A DNA stretch of 64,000 bases from Spirochaetia bacterium (GTDB taxonomy: Bacteria > Spirochaetota > Spirochaetia > UBA9216). Shown here one piece after another: positions 9,738 to 20,596 of the stretch. The DNA is taken from positions 256,001-320,000 of the forward strand of contig OZ223267.1 in the NCBI GenBank assembly GCA_965140585.1. Direction: 5' to 3'. Within the stretch, counting starts at the first letter, position 1, and each line of letters begins with the position of its first letter. The position numbers were made by a program, and so were the translations under genes. The notes under the pieces are model-generated. The model was not told the DNA's origin and did no database searches. It worked only from the letters and a program-made list of their open reading frames with translations.

Positions 9738-10036
9738 AGTTCATCCTCCGTTTCCTGATTATCAATCAGTTTGAAATTCACCATCTTCTTAGCAGGTTTT
9801 TCCTCTTCTTTGAGTTCCTCGATAAGTGAAACTGTCTGGAAAGGGATCATCAGATGTTCCGCCTTTCCGAAAAATCTTCTTACGTCATCTTCTGACGGAT
9901 CGATTATAAGCTTGGATTCGCTGTTGAAGATGAGATCTTTTATTGAAACGAAGTATGGGTGGGTGAGATCAAGGCTTGCCGCCTTAATCTGAATATCTTT
10001 TTCCTTCCATTTAAAGTGAACCCGGTAAACTGACAT
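9734..10036 (-). CDS. DUF1820 family protein
   Basis: YRVHF...FVSIKDLIF...IIDPSED...IPFQTVSLIEE pattern. Confidence 0.75.
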   Translation of the reverse strand: MSVYRVHFKWKEKDIQIKAASLDLTHPYFVSIKDLIFNSESKLIIDPSEDDVRRFFGKAEHLMIPFQTVSLIEELKEEEKPAKKMVNFKLIDNQETEDEL

Positions 10037-10093
10037 GGTTTATTGATAATGAGAAATCGCTAAAAAAGCTACTATACAAAAGTTAAGCTGATA

Positions 10094-10121
10094 TTATCGG
10101 TTAATCCGGACTTATTCTTTA
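10094..10121 (-). promoter_or_regulatory. putative sigma28 promoter TAAA-N16-ACCGATAA
   Basis: Minus-strand match to TAAA-N15-GCCGATAA with a 1-nt longer spacer, ~55 nt upstream of DUF1820 ATG. Confidence 0.45.
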
Positions 10122-10175
10122 ATTCTTTTAAAAAAAGGTTTAAAAAAGGAATTTGATGGTTTACTATAAAAATGG

Positions 10176-10200
10176 GTGGGGAAAAGTGGGAAAAAATAGG
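10176..10200 (+). promoter_or_regulatory. MraZ-binding direct repeats
   Basis: GTGGG (10176), GTGGG (10186), ATAGG (10196) at 10-bp period just upstream of mraZ. Confidence 0.8.
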
Positions 10201-10219
10201 AGTTTGTGGATCAATTGAT

Positions 10220-10660
10220 ATGATTACTGGTGAATTCAGGAATAATCTTGATGATAAGGGTAGAATGCAGGTCCCGTCCCGTATTCGGAATCTTATCCCG
10301 GGGAATGTTCTTGTGATTACACGGGGTATCGATAAATGTCTGTGGGTTTACACTCCTGAAGAATGGAAGCGTGTTGCTTCACTGATTCTTGATTCCACTT
10401 CAGTTTTTAAATCCAAGACGAGGCTTCTGCAGAGAAGAATCATTGCTCCCGCCCATGAATGTGAAATTGACAAGTCCGGAAGAATAAATATTCCCCCTTC
10501 ATTGAGGGAAGCTGCCGGGCTTCAGAAGGAAGTTGTCCTTCTGGCAATGGAAAAATATATGGAAATCTGGGATGAGTCTGAGTACAGTACTTATCTTGAT
10601 GAGAGTGAGGAGGAGTTTCTTGCTGCTGCTGAAGATCTGGGTGATCTTCTTAATATGTAG
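10220..10660 (+). CDS. mraZ: division/cell wall cluster transcriptional repressor MraZ
   Basis: G...NNLDDKGR and EIDKSGRINIP repeats; start moved to ATG 10220. Confidence 0.95.
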   Translation: MITGEFRNNLDDKGRMQVPSRIRNLIPGNVLVITRGIDKCLWVYTPEEWKRVASLILDSTSVFKSKTRLLQRRIIAPAHECEIDKSGRINIPPSLREAAGLQKEVVLLAMEKYMEIWDESEYSTYLDESEEEFLAAAEDLGDLLNM

Positions 10661-10680
10661 CTGCGGAAGCAGGGCCGTTC

Positions 10681-11625
10681 ATGGATATTGTTCATACATC
10701 GGTGCTTCGGGAAGAAGTTTTTGAGCTTCTGAAACCTGAGGCGGAAGAAAAACTGCTTATTGACTGTACCCTTGGCGAGGGTGGTCATTCCGAGATGTTT
10801 CTACAGAGATGTCCCGGGCTGAATGTTGTCGGGCTTGATGCCGACAGCACGATTATGTCCGTCGCCAAAGAGCGTCTTTCGGTTTTCGGAGAAAGGATGC
10901 GTTTTTACAATGAGTGGTTCAACCAGTTTTTCAGAACTTATCCTCTGGGAGATGAGCGGCCCGACCTCATTCTTTTTGATCTGGGTATCTCGGTCTATCA
11001 TTATGAAAAATCAGGCAGGGGTTTTTCCTTTCTTCGGGAGGAAGAGCTTGATATGCGTCTGAATCCGTCACTCGAGATAAGCGCTGCTGATATTATAAAT
11101 ACTTATCCGGAGTCTGAAATTGCGGATCTTATCTATAAATACGGGGAAGAGCGGTATTCCAGACGTTTTGCGAAAGCGATCTGTGAAGACAGGCGTAAAG
11201 AAAAAATCCTTACAACGAAGGCTCTTGCAGATCTGATAAGCAGAGTTTCTCCGCCGGAATACAGACGAGGACGCATTCATCCTGCAACCAGAACCTTTCA
11301 GGCATTGAGAATATCTGTGAACGGTGAGCTTGCAAGGCTTGAAAACGCATTAGAGAATGCGTTGAAAATCCTGGAGCCGGGCGGCAGGATGGGGGTCATT
11401 ACATTTCATTCTCTTGAAGACCGGATTGTTAAGCACTTTTTTAAAGATAAAAACAGATCCTGTACTTGTCCTCCGGAACAGCCGATATGTAACTGTGGGG
11501 GTGAAAGGGTTGTTGAGATACTTACCCGTAAACCCGTTCGGCCGCTTGATGAGGAGATAAAAACAAATGCCCCGTCAAGAAGTTCGAAATTTAGAGTTAT
11601 TCGGAAACTCAGGGATGAAGACTGA
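10681..11625 (+). CDS. rsmH: 16S rRNA m4C1402 methyltransferase RsmH
   Basis: DCTLGEGGHS, DLGIS, HPATRTFQALRI, ITFHSLEDRIVK. Confidence 0.97.
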   Translation: MDIVHTSVLREEVFELLKPEAEEKLLIDCTLGEGGHSEMFLQRCPGLNVVGLDADSTIMSVAKERLSVFGERMRFYNEWFNQFFRTYPLGDERPDLILFDLGISVYHYEKSGRGFSFLREEELDMRLNPSLEISAADIINTYPESEIADLIYKYGEERYSRRFAKAICEDRRKEKILTTKALADLISRVSPPEYRRGRIHPATRTFQALRISVNGELARLENALENALKILEPGGRMGVITFHSLEDRIVKHFFKDKNRSCTCPPEQPICNCGGERVVEILTRKPVRPLDEEIKTNAPSRSSKFRVIRKLRDED

Positions 11626-11626
11626 C

Positions 11627-11920
11627 ATGATAAAGAGGATTGTAATAGTACTGCTTGTTCTGCTGCTTCCGGCGCTTCTTTTTGCCGCGGTCTGGCAGTC
11701 TTACAGGTATGACAGCCTGGAGGCTTCGGTTGCTGAACTTGAGGGGCAGCAGAAGGAACTTTTTGAAGAGAATAAGAAAATTGTAATGGGGATAGAATTT
11801 CTGAAATCCCCTTTCAGAATAAACAAGATAGCAGAAGAAAAACTGAAGCTTGAAAAAATCAAACCTGAGAAAGTTATCAGGATTGAGCTGCTTCCGCAGG
11901 GAGGCCGGCAGGATGGCTGA
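11627..11920 (+). CDS. ftsL: cell division protein FtsL-like
   Basis: Short TM + coiled coil, SP.RI..IA.EKL, position after rsmH; start 11615 or 11627. Confidence 0.75.
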   Translation: MIKRIVIVLLVLLLPALLFAAVWQSYRYDSLEASVAELEGQQKELFEENKKIVMGIEFLKSPFRINKIAEEKLKLEKIKPEKVIRIELLPQGGRQDG

Positions 11921-13331
11921 GAAGTCACGGGTTCTGTTTAATGTAAGGCAGGCCGGAGCCTGGTCGCGTGCGATAGTTTTCGGCAATGACCTGGCGGAAA
12001 TTACTTCTGTTGTTACTGATTCAAGAGACGCTGTCCCCGGCTGTCTCTTCGTTGCTATTAAAGGGGAGAGAACTGACGGGCATAAATATATCGCCCAGGT
12101 CTGTGAGGCCGGAGCTGGTGCTGTTATAGTAGCCCAGGACTGGCTTAAAGTAAATTCCGGGGTTCTTGATGAATATGAGAACACGGCTTTTATAGTAGGT
12201 GAAGCCCCTGTACGTCTTCTGCAGGATATTTCTGCCGGATATATGCGCGGCTTGTCTCATCCTGTAAGAATAGGTGTTACCGGAAGCAGTGGAAAGACGA
12301 CTGTCAAGGAAGTTATTGCTGCGGTTCTTTCTGCCGGCGGTTCGGTTGTGAAGACAAGGGGTAATCTGAATTCTGAAATCGGACTGCCGGTTGCAGTTCT
12401 TGATATTGAAGAAGCTTCGGATTACGCCGTTATTGAAATGGGCATTAACCGTGTGGGTGAAATGGATATCCTAGCTGAGATATTCCGTCCGGATGTGGTT
12501 GTCATTACCAACATCGGGACTGCCCATATCGGTATTTTGGGCAGCAGGGAAAATATTGCTGCTGAAAAGAAAAAGGCAGCTGTTAATTTTGACGGCAGTC
12601 AGGTTCTTTTTGTATCAGAAGAAGAGACCTATTCAAATATCCTTGGTGAAGATTTGAACGGCCGGCTGATGAAGTACGGTATTAAACAGGTTAAGGCTGA
12701 TTTCAGCTTTTCAGATAAGGGCCTTGCCGGGTGGGAGGTTGGACTTGACGCTTATAAAGCTGTATATCCTCTTCCCGGTGTTCATAATCTGATGAATGCA
12801 GTATGTGCAGTCTGTGTTGCTGAATATTTCGGGCTTGATTCTGAGAGTATCTGCAGGGGGCTGGCGTTATCGGCAACTCTGTCAGGAAGAAGTGAGATTA
12901 TCGAAGGCGGAGTAACTGTAATTCAGGATGCTTATAATTCAAATGCTGATTCTCTTTCCAGATCCATGAATTTTGCCGATTCTGTAAAATGGAACGGCAG
13001 GAAGATTTATGTGATAGGTGATATGAAGGAGCTTGGCGATAACTCTGCAGAAATTCACGAGGCGGCCGGAAAAGAGGCTGCTGAAAGCTGTGCGGATGAG
13101 CTTTTCTTTTTCGGTGAAGATTCAAAGACGGCTTATGAAGCGGCCGTCTCTGTGAAAAACACTGCCGGAGACGGAAATGATATTGTGTCCTGGACAGCTG
13201 ATTATGCGGAGCTTGAGGAAATGGTTCTTGAATCGCTGCAGGAGGGGGATCTCCTTCTGCTTAAAGCGTCAAGATCCATGAACCTTGAAAGGCTTGTTAA
13301 GCCTGTAATTGAGAAATTCGGGAGAAAATAA
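11913..13331 (+). CDS. murF: UDP-MurNAc-tripeptide--D-Ala-D-Ala ligase
   Basis: DSR, GERTDGH, TGSSGKTT, NSEIGLP, DAYNSN, GDMKELG, KASR. Confidence 0.95.
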   Translation: MAEKSRVLFNVRQAGAWSRAIVFGNDLAEITSVVTDSRDAVPGCLFVAIKGERTDGHKYIAQVCEAGAGAVIVAQDWLKVNSGVLDEYENTAFIVGEAPVRLLQDISAGYMRGLSHPVRIGVTGSSGKTTVKEVIAAVLSAGGSVVKTRGNLNSEIGLPVAVLDIEEASDYAVIEMGINRVGEMDILAEIFRPDVVVITNIGTAHIGILGSRENIAAEKKKAAVNFDGSQVLFVSEEETYSNILGEDLNGRLMKYGIKQVKADFSFSDKGLAGWEVGLDAYKAVYPLPGVHNLMNAVCAVCVAEYFGLDSESICRGLALSATLSGRSEIIEGGVTVIQDAYNSNADSLSRSMNFADSVKWNGRKIYVIGDMKELGDNSAEIHEAAGKEAAESCADELFFFGEDSKTAYEAAVSVKNTAGDGNDIVSWTADYAELEEMVLESLQEGDLLLLKASRSMNLERLVKPVIEKFGRK

Positions 13332-14411
13332 ATGTTAAAAGAATTGCTGTATCCGCTGGTAGATTATTTTACAGCGTTCAATATATTTCAGTACATCACC
13401 TTCAGAGCCGCATATGCAGCGGTAACGGCTCTGTTTATCTCCTTTCTGTTCGGTCCCAAGATAATCAGCGGGCTAAGGAAGTTTAAACTCGGTCAGATGG
13501 TCAGGAAGGATGGACCGCAGTCTCATCTTTCCAAAACAGGTACTCCGACAATGGGCGGGCTGATAATTATTCTTGCTATACTTGTCGCATGTCTTTTGTG
13601 GATGGATATGACAAATCCGTATATGTGGATTGGTATTGTATCTATGCTGGGTTTCGGCTTTGTAGGTTTTATGGATGATTATCTTAAAATTACAAGAAAA
13701 AGCTCAGAAGGGCTTCAAGCCAGGTTTAAGCTTTTCGGCCAGATTTTTGTCTCTCTTATCATTGTACTTTTTTTGTATTTTAATGCGAACGAGCACACGA
13801 CACTGCTGTATCTTCCGTTTCTTAAGAAGCCGGTTGTTGATTTGGGGGTGTTTTATATTCCTGCAGCAGTATTTCTGCTTGTTTATTCAACTAATTCTGT
13901 AAATCTGACTGATGGGCTGGATGGGCTCGCAGTAGGGCTTGTCATGCTTGTTGGCATTGCTTTCGGCATACTTACCTATATAGTCGGGCGTGCAGACTTC
14001 GCTGAATATCTTCAGGTTCCATATCTGCCTGAAAGCAGCGAGCTTCCTGTTTACTGCTTTGCACTGATAGGTGCTGCGGTGGGCTTTTTGTGGTTTAATG
14101 CTCATCCGGCTGAAGTTTTTATGGGTGATACCGGTTCACTGGCCCTGGGCGGGGCTCTGGGTGTTGTTGCACTGATGATTAAGAAAGAAATCCTGTTTAT
14201 CATCATCGGCGGTGTTTTTCTTCTGGAAACGCTTTCGGTAATAATTCAGGTTGTCTCATATAAGACCAGGGGGAAGCGGGTGTTTAAAATGGCGCCTCTT
14301 CATCATCATTTTGAGCTGAAAGGCTGGGCTGAAACAAAAGTTGTTATCAGGTTCTGGATAATGGGCGGAATGTTTGCGATTCTTGCTCTCTCAACATTGA
14401 AAATACAGTAG
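13332..14411 (+). CDS. mraY: phospho-N-acetylmuramoyl-pentapeptide transferase
   Basis: KTGTPTMGG, NLTDGLDGL, FMGDTGS, MAPLHHHFE. Confidence 0.98.
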   Translation: MLKELLYPLVDYFTAFNIFQYITFRAAYAAVTALFISFLFGPKIISGLRKFKLGQMVRKDGPQSHLSKTGTPTMGGLIIILAILVACLLWMDMTNPYMWIGIVSMLGFGFVGFMDDYLKITRKSSEGLQARFKLFGQIFVSLIIVLFLYFNANEHTTLLYLPFLKKPVVDLGVFYIPAAVFLLVYSTNSVNLTDGLDGLAVGLVMLVGIAFGILTYIVGRADFAEYLQVPYLPESSELPVYCFALIGAAVGFLWFNAHPAEVFMGDTGSLALGGALGVVALMIKKEILFIIIGGVFLLETLSVIIQVVSYKTRGKRVFKMAPLHHHFELKGWAETKVVIRFWIMGGMFAILALSTLKIQ

Positions 14412-14417
14412 GAAATA

Positions 14418-15557
14418 ATGAGCGGAAAGTTCGAACTGGAAAAAGTTCAGGGTGGAAAAAGTGATTATATTTTATTTCTCCTTATTGCGGTGCTGGCAGG
14501 TGTAGGCTTTTCCGCGCTTTTTTCATCTTCATATTTCTACGCCGGAAAGTATTTTAATGACAGTCTTCTATTTATAAGAAAGCAGCTTATACTTGGCGGT
14601 GCCGGTGTTGCCTGCGGAATAATTGCAAGCAGAATCTCCACTGATTTTATCAGAAAATATACTCCTGCTTTTCTTCTGTTGACTATGTTGCTGATTCTTG
14701 TCACTTTTATTCCTGGGGTAGGCGAGCGTATTCTCGGAGCCCGGAGATGGATTTTTCTTTTCGGTTTTTCATTTCAGCCTTCTGAGCTCGCAAAACTTGC
14801 GGTTATACTTTATCTTGCTCATATTTTCGATAAAAAACAGGAGCGGATGGGTGATATTGCCAATTCCATAATTCCTCCTTTTATTATTGTCGGTGTAACT
14901 GTGGGCCTGGTTTTTCTGCAGAATGACTTTTCAACTGCTTTGTTTATACTTGTTGTCAGTCTGCTGATGTTCTACCTTGCAGGAGTTCCTTTTCTGTATT
15001 TTATCTTTCTGCTTACAGCTATTGTGCCGCTCTCAATTATCCTTTTGTTTACCAAACCACACAGGGTTGAAAGGCTGATAGCTTTCATTAATCCTGAAAC
15101 CGACCCCGTCGGTTCAGGGTATCAGATTATGGCTGCTCAGTCCGCACTTGAGAACGGAGGGTTCTGGGGGCTTGGTATAGGGCAGGGAATAAAGAAGATG
15201 GGCGGTCTTCCCGAGGTTCATTCAGACTTTATTTTCGCTTCACTTGCCGAAGAGGCCGGTTTTGTCGGCATATTATGTGTTCTTGCACTGTTTATCGGTT
15301 TTGCAATCCGTGCATATTACAGAGGTGTTAAATCAGAAAGCAGATATGAATTCCTTCTGGTCTTCGGTCTTACTACCTGTATTCTTTATCAGGCAATGTT
15401 CAATATTGCTGTTGTTGCCGGGCTCGTACCCGCTACCGGTATACCGCTCCCGTTTTTTTCATCAGGGGGTTCTTCATTATTTGTAACTTTTATTATGTGC
15501 GGTCTTCTTATGGGGATTACGCGTCGTCAGAACGAAACCGAGGCAGGGCTACTATGA
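14418..15557 (+). CDS. ftsW: peptidoglycan polymerase FtsW (SEDS)
   Basis: GARRW, FQPSELAKL, LPEVHSDFIF, TGIPLPFFSSGGSS. Confidence 0.95.
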   Translation: MSGKFELEKVQGGKSDYILFLLIAVLAGVGFSALFSSSYFYAGKYFNDSLLFIRKQLILGGAGVACGIIASRISTDFIRKYTPAFLLLTMLLILVTFIPGVGERILGARRWIFLFGFSFQPSELAKLAVILYLAHIFDKKQERMGDIANSIIPPFIIVGVTVGLVFLQNDFSTALFILVVSLLMFYLAGVPFLYFIFLLTAIVPLSIILLFTKPHRVERLIAFINPETDPVGSGYQIMAAQSALENGGFWGLGIGQGIKKMGGLPEVHSDFIFASLAEEAGFVGILCVLALFIGFAIRAYYRGVKSESRYEFLLVFGLTTCILYQAMFNIAVVAGLVPATGIPLPFFSSGGSSLFVTFIMCGLLMGITRRQNETEAGLL

Positions 15558-16453
15558 GTAATTTACAGCATTTTGAGCATTACAATGATTTTACATATTC
15601 TTCAGGGCAGGGTGCCCATACGGGGACTGTAAAGGCTCCGGAAAACTCCCGCAGGCTTAGCGAGGCCGCAAGGATAGAGAACAAAAAGGCTAAAGCAGTA
15701 AAGGTTCTTAAGGCTTCAATAATAGTTCTTGCATTTATTCTTATTATGCAGCTTGCCTACCACCTGTATTTTGCCGGAAATATTGTAATAAAGCATTTGG
15801 TGATTGATACTGGTTCAGATTTACAGCTTTCAGAGGCTCAGCTGCTGAAGATGGCAGGACTTAAAGGCAGTCAGTCTTTTTTCAGTGTGGATACCGCTGT
15901 AATTGAACAGAACCTGGAACGTTATCCTCAGGTTCAGTCAGCCTATGCTCAGAAAAAATTTCCGGACACTCTTGTTGTTTCTGTTAAGGGCAGAACTCCG
16001 CTTGCACTATGCATAGTTGAAAACGGCGAGGGGACTCTTCCTGTAACGGTGGATAAAGAGGGAGTGATATTTCAGGCCGGTGAAAACGTTACGGATCTGA
16101 ATCTCCCTGTTCTGTCGGGAATAAAGTTCTCGGATGCCGGTCTTGGAGTTGTTCTGCCGGGGCCGGTTGTAAGCTTTTTGTCGGGGCTGGACAGCCTGTA
16201 CCGGGAATCTCCAGAGTTTTACAATATGATTTCGGAACTCAAGTTCATAAAAAAAGACAATGATGATTTCGACGTGTTGATGTATCCTCAAAATTATAGT
16301 ATCCCTGTGAGGATAGGAAAAAGAATAGACAAGGAACTGTTGACCTACGTGGTTCTTGTTCTTGATGTAGTTAAGACTCAGGGGCTCGAACCCCAGATTG
16401 AAGAACTCGATTTCAGAACAGATGAAGTTGTCTACAGGGTTAGGGGGAACTGA
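15554..16453 (+). CDS. ftsQ: cell division protein FtsQ/DivIB
   Basis: TM + POTRA (KKFPDTL), C-terminal ELDFR; ATGA overlap with ftsW. Confidence 0.85.
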   Translation: MSNLQHFEHYNDFTYSSGQGAHTGTVKAPENSRRLSEAARIENKKAKAVKVLKASIIVLAFILIMQLAYHLYFAGNIVIKHLVIDTGSDLQLSEAQLLKMAGLKGSQSFFSVDTAVIEQNLERYPQVQSAYAQKKFPDTLVVSVKGRTPLALCIVENGEGTLPVTVDKEGVIFQAGENVTDLNLPVLSGIKFSDAGLGVVLPGPVVSFLSGLDSLYRESPEFYNMISELKFIKKDNDDFDVLMYPQNYSIPVRIGKRIDKELLTYVVLVLDVVKTQGLEPQIEELDFRTDEVVYRVRGN

Positions 16454-16454
16454 C

Positions 16455-17690
16455 TTGCCAGCTGAAGATTTAATTGTCGGTCTTGATATAGGTACTACCA
16501 AGGTTTGTGCCGTTATCGGGGAAATAAACGACAGCGGTAAAATTGAAATAGTCGGTATCGGAACCGCGCCTTCTGAAGGTCTTAGAAAGGGTGTAGTGAT
16601 CAATATTGAATCTACACTGAAGGCTGTAACAAAGGCTATTGAGGCTGCCGAAATGATGTCAGGACGTGAAGTGTCCTCAGTAATCACAGGTATTGCGGGC
16701 TCACATGTTGAAGGTATCAATTCCAGAGGTGTTGTCGCTGTCTCCGGGCGTGATCGCGAAATAACCGCGGAGGACGTACGGCGTGTAATTGAGGCAGCCC
16801 GGGCAGTTGTTATTCCGATGGACAGGGAAGTTCTGCATGTAATACCCCAGGAATATATAGTTGATGATCAGGGCGGAATAAAAGATCCGCTCGATATGAT
16901 TGGAATAAGGCTTGAAGCGGAAGTCCATATAATTACCGGTTCGGTAACCTCCGCCCAGAACCTGCTTAAATGTGTAAACAGAGCCGGATTCAGGGTAGAG
17001 GATATAGTTTTGGAGTCAATTGCCTCAGCCAGGGCTGTTCTTTCTGAAGAAGAGAAGGAACTCGGCGTTCTGATGATTGACCTCGGCGGCGGAACAACTG
17101 ATGTGCTTGTCTATGTTGACGGTTCTCCCTACCATACGGACGTAGTTGCGGTAGGCGGAGAGCAGGTTACAAGCGATATTTCCATAGTTCTGAAAACTCC
17201 TGCCGAATTTGCGGAAAAACTTAAAAAGGAATCAGGCTGCTGCTATATGCCGCTTGTTGATCCGACCGAAGAAATCCTTCTTCCGGGTGTGGGAGGCTGG
17301 CCTTCAGCATCCATTCCCAAGGCTGAACTCTGTAAGATTATACAGCCCAGGATGGCTGAAACCTTCTCAATGATACGGGACAAGATGCACCGAAAGGGCT
17401 ACCTTAATCACCTGCGCGGCGGTGTTGTTCTGACCGGCGGCGGGTCGATGATGCCCGGTGCTGCTGAGCTTGCAAGAGAAATCTTCGGGGTTCCGGCAAG
17501 AATCGGCTATCCCTTTGAACTTGGAGGGCTTGTGCAGGAATACCGGAATCCGATGTATTCGACTGCAGTAGGCCTTGTGATGTATGGTGATGAGATCGCC
17601 GATAAGGATAAAATTCATAAAAAAGGCGGAAGACGGTCGAAAGACGGTGCTGGAAGCCGGTTTATGAACTGGATGAAAGAATTTTTTTAA
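16455..17690 (+). CDS. ftsA: cell division protein FtsA (probable TTG start)
   Basis: [31 protein letters not shown]. Confidence 0.97.
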   Translation: MPAEDLIVGLDIGTTKVCAVIGEINDSGKIEIVGIGTAPSEGLRKGVVINIESTLKAVTKAIEAAEMMSGREVSSVITGIAGSHVEGINSRGVVAVSGRDREITAEDVRRVIEAARAVVIPMDREVLHVIPQEYIVDDQGGIKDPLDMIGIRLEAEVHIITGSVTSAQNLLKCVNRAGFRVEDIVLESIASARAVLSEEEKELGVLMIDLGGGTTDVLVYVDGSPYHTDVVAVGGEQVTSDISIVLKTPAEFAEKLKKESGCCYMPLVDPTEEILLPGVGGWPSASIPKAELCKIIQPRMAETFSMIRDKMHRKGYLNHLRGGVVLTGGGSMMPGAAELAREIFGVPARIGYPFELGGLVQEYRNPMYSTAVGLVMYGDEIADKDKIHKKGGRRSKDGAGSRFMNWMKEFF

Positions 17691-17767
17691 AAAAGGTTCT
17701 GTTTTGTTCTGGTAAAAAAGGGCAGGACCGTTGTAATATATTTAAAGCTTCTGGGAGGGGGCAGCAA

Positions 17768-18943
17768 ATGAATATAGAGCTGGTCGAAGATAGATTCGGC
17801 GGGGAAATGACCAGCCCCACCGTAATCAAAGTAATCGGTGTAGGCGGCGGCGGAAACAATGCTGTTAACCGGATGATATCTAGCGGTTTAAAAAATGTTG
17901 AATTTCTTGCAGTAAATACTGATCTTCAGGCACTTAAACTTTCCAGTGCCGAAATGAAAATGCCTATAGGAACAAAACTCACAGGCGGGCTCGGAGCAGG
18001 CGGAAATCCCGAAATAGGGCAAAATGCCGCAATTGAGAGTACCGAAGAACTGCGCAATGCCCTTAGAGGCGCTGATATGGTTTTTATCACTGCCGGAATG
18101 GGCGGTGGAACCGGAACCGGTGCAGCCGCGGTTGTTGCCCAGATAGCAAGGGAGCTTGATGCCCTTACTGTTGCTGTCGTCACAAAGCCCTTTACTTTTG
18201 AGGGCGCAAAAAAAATGAAACTCGCTGAGCAGGGAATCGAAAAGCTAAGAAAAGCTGTTGATACGCTCATTATTATACCTAACCAGTATCTCCTTAAAAT
18301 CGTTGAACGTAAAACCCCGATAAAAGAAGCTTTCAGAATCGCTGATGATGTTCTGCGCCAGGGTGTTCAGGGTATTTCTGACCTGATCACTGAAGCAGGT
18401 GAGATAAATATCGACTTTGCTGATGTCAGAACCATTATGAAAGGCCAGGGTGACGCCCTCATGGGTATCGGAACAGGCCGGGGTGATAACAGGGCTGTTG
18501 ATGCTGCAACTAATGCAATCAATAATCCGCTGCTTGAAGACGCAAGAATTGAAGGTGCCAGAGGCATACTTGTAAGCGTTACAGGCGGAGAGGATTTTTC
18601 ACTTGCAGAATACGAAGAGATCCTTAATATTATAACCACAAACGCAGACAAGGATGCAATGATTATCTCGGGTACAGCAACTGATCCGACTCTTGAAGAT
18701 GAAGTCAAGGTTACTGTTATTGCTACCGGTTCATCCGATGAGATCGAAGCGATTGTTGAAGAATCATGCGAAGAACCTGAAGCAAAGAGTCAGGAAGTCG
18801 TTGGTTATAAAGAGTGGATTGAGATGCAGTCAGGACTGACAAAAAATAATCAGGTGTCATCACTTTCCAGAAGAAACTCTCTTTTTGATGAAGATTTGGG
18901 GATTCCGACTGTTTTCAGGTCTGAGATGTCAAAAGAAAGCTGA
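17768..18943 (+). CDS. ftsZ: cell division protein FtsZ
   Basis: [16 protein letters not shown] signature, NIDFADV, C-terminal IPTVFR. Confidence 0.99.
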   Translation: MNIELVEDRFGGEMTSPTVIKVIGVGGGGNNAVNRMISSGLKNVEFLAVNTDLQALKLSSAEMKMPIGTKLTGGLGAGGNPEIGQNAAIESTEELRNALRGADMVFITAGMGGGTGTGAAAVVAQIARELDALTVAVVTKPFTFEGAKKMKLAEQGIEKLRKAVDTLIIIPNQYLLKIVERKTPIKEAFRIADDVLRQGVQGISDLITEAGEINIDFADVRTIMKGQGDALMGIGTGRGDNRAVDAATNAINNPLLEDARIEGARGILVSVTGGEDFSLAEYEEILNIITTNADKDAMIISGTATDPTLEDEVKVTVIATGSSDEIEAIVEESCEEPEAKSQEVVGYKEWIEMQSGLTKNNQVSSLSRRNSLFDEDLGIPTVFRSEMSKES

Positions 18944-18959
18944 TTAACGGCTTTTTGTC

Positions 18960-19862
18960 ATGAATGTAGACAGAATCCTTTCAGATTATGCAGATTATTT
19001 AAGACTCGATCTAAGGTTAAGCCGGAATACTGTGGAAGCCTACATCCGCGGCTGTTCCGGATTCCTGAATTCCGTCAATGGAAGGGTGGATTCCCTTGCC
19101 GATATCGAGGCCTCCGATATAATTGTATACCTCAGCGAAAAACAGACTGATGATTCAGAAGGCAAGGGTGTAAGCCAGCGGACTGTTTCCCGTATCCTGA
19201 GTTCACTCAGATCCTTCTTTAACTTTCTGATTATTGAAAAAGTCCGTGAAGACAACCCGGCCCGTATGGTTGATATGCCGAGGGTCCGCAAGAAGCTTCC
19301 CGGAGTTCTGTCTGTTGAGGAAATCGACAGTTTCCTGTCCTTCATTGATATTGAAAAACCCTCGGGACTGCGTGACCGTGCGCTGTTTGAGCTGATTTAC
19401 TCCTGCGGACTTCGCGTCTCAGAGGCGGTCTCTCTTAATTTTGGCGGCCTTTTTCTGAGCGAAGGCTTGATAAGGGTTCACGGCAAGGGTGAGAAAGATC
19501 GCTTTGTCCCTCTGGGTGATGAAGGGCTTTTCTGGCTTAAACGGTACATCGATGAAGCAAGACCGCTTTTGTGCAAAAAAGCCGATAATTCGGGAATGGT
19601 CTTCCTGAATTATCGGGGCGATCCGCTTACAAGAAAGGGAATGTGGAAACGCTTTCATGCAATCGCCGAAAAGGCAGGAGTAAAGGCCAAGATTCATACA
19701 CTCAGACATTCATTTGCAACACATCTCCTGCAGGGCGGAGCCGATCTTAGATCTGTACAGGAACTGCTGGGTCATACAGATATTTCAACTACTCAGATTT
19801 ATACACATCTCAGCCGTGAAGACCTGAAGAACAGTCATATGAGGTATCATCCGAGAGGATGA
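18960..19862 (+). CDS. xerD: tyrosine recombinase XerD
   Basis: [48 protein letters not shown]. Confidence 0.88.
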   Translation: MNVDRILSDYADYLRLDLRLSRNTVEAYIRGCSGFLNSVNGRVDSLADIEASDIIVYLSEKQTDDSEGKGVSQRTVSRILSSLRSFFNFLIIEKVREDNPARMVDMPRVRKKLPGVLSVEEIDSFLSFIDIEKPSGLRDRALFELIYSCGLRVSEAVSLNFGGLFLSEGLIRVHGKGEKDRFVPLGDEGLFWLKRYIDEARPLLCKKADNSGMVFLNYRGDPLTRKGMWKRFHAIAEKAGVKAKIHTLRHSFATHLLQGGADLRSVQELLGHTDISTTQIYTHLSREDLKNSHMRYHPRG

Positions 19863-19876
19863 AGGACGGAACGTTT

Positions 19877-20596
19877 ATGAAGACATTTTTCAGAACAGCC
19901 ATAATCCTCATTATCCTTCTGCCGGCTCTTTCATGCAGCGGTGAACGCAGTACCTGGCTTGATAACCTTACTGCAGCAGAGAAGAAGGAATACAAGACCG
20001 ATCAGATTCCTGAACAGCGTATAGATGAACTTAAGCAGGGAATAAAGGAATATGAAGCAGAGGTTGCGCGTACTGTAAAAGCTGCCAAGCAGATTGGCAT
20101 CTATTACCGTATGCTCGCCCTCGAATACATGAGTCTTGAAATGTATAACGAGGCTCTGAACAGTCTTGAGCAGGCTGTTAAATATTTTCCGACCAGCCCC
20201 ATGCTTTACTATTACGCCGCAATTTCTGCCGGCCAGATGAAAGAAGCTGTTTTTTCAAAGCAGGAAGCAGACTCATATATAGCAGAGGCAGAGAAAATGT
20301 ATCTTCGGGCTGTCAATCTTGATCCAGGATATAAGGAAGCTCTCTACGGGCTCTCAGTACTCTATGTGTTTGAACTTGAGCGGCCTCTGGATGCGGAACC
20401 CCTGCTGGAAAGACTTGTTTCAATGGAACAGAAGAATTTCAATGCTATGTTTCTGCTTGCAAGGGTTAAGGTTGTAAAGGGTGATTACGATTCTGCTGTT
20501 GATATTTATATGGATATTGAAAGCAGAACAGCGGATGAGGAAGTCAAGGCAAAGGCTGCTGATAATATCAGACAGCTTTCAGGAGGCAGGGGATGA
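19877..20596 (+). CDS. TPR-repeat lipoprotein
   Basis: Signal peptide ending in ALSC lipobox; TPR-like helices (ALNSLEQAVKYFP, YLRAVNLDP). Confidence 0.8.
   Translation: MKTFFRTAIILIILLPALSCSGERSTWLDNLTAAEKKEYKTDQIPEQRIDELKQGIKEYEAEVARTVKAAKQIGIYYRMLALEYMSLEMYNEALNSLEQAVKYFPTSPMLYYYAAISAGQMKEAVFSKQEADSYIAEAEKMYLRAVNLDPGYKEALYGLSVLYVFELERPLDAEPLLERLVSMEQKNFNAMFLLARVKVVKGDYDSAVDIYMDIESRTADEEVKAKAADNIRQLSGGRG

Noticed and set aside
10172-10219. N-terminal extension of MraZ in the ORF track
   Set aside because: It covers the MraZ operator repeats; homology begins at ATG 10220. Track starts for murF, ftsQ, ftsA, topA, xerC, hslU and fliP were likewise shortened
16007-16720. Long antisense ORFs (e.g. 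16007-16720, 1349-1939, 30665-31270, 32128-32649, 34198-34743)
   Set aside because: Shadow frames of well-conserved genes, with S/I/P-rich composition typical of antisense translation
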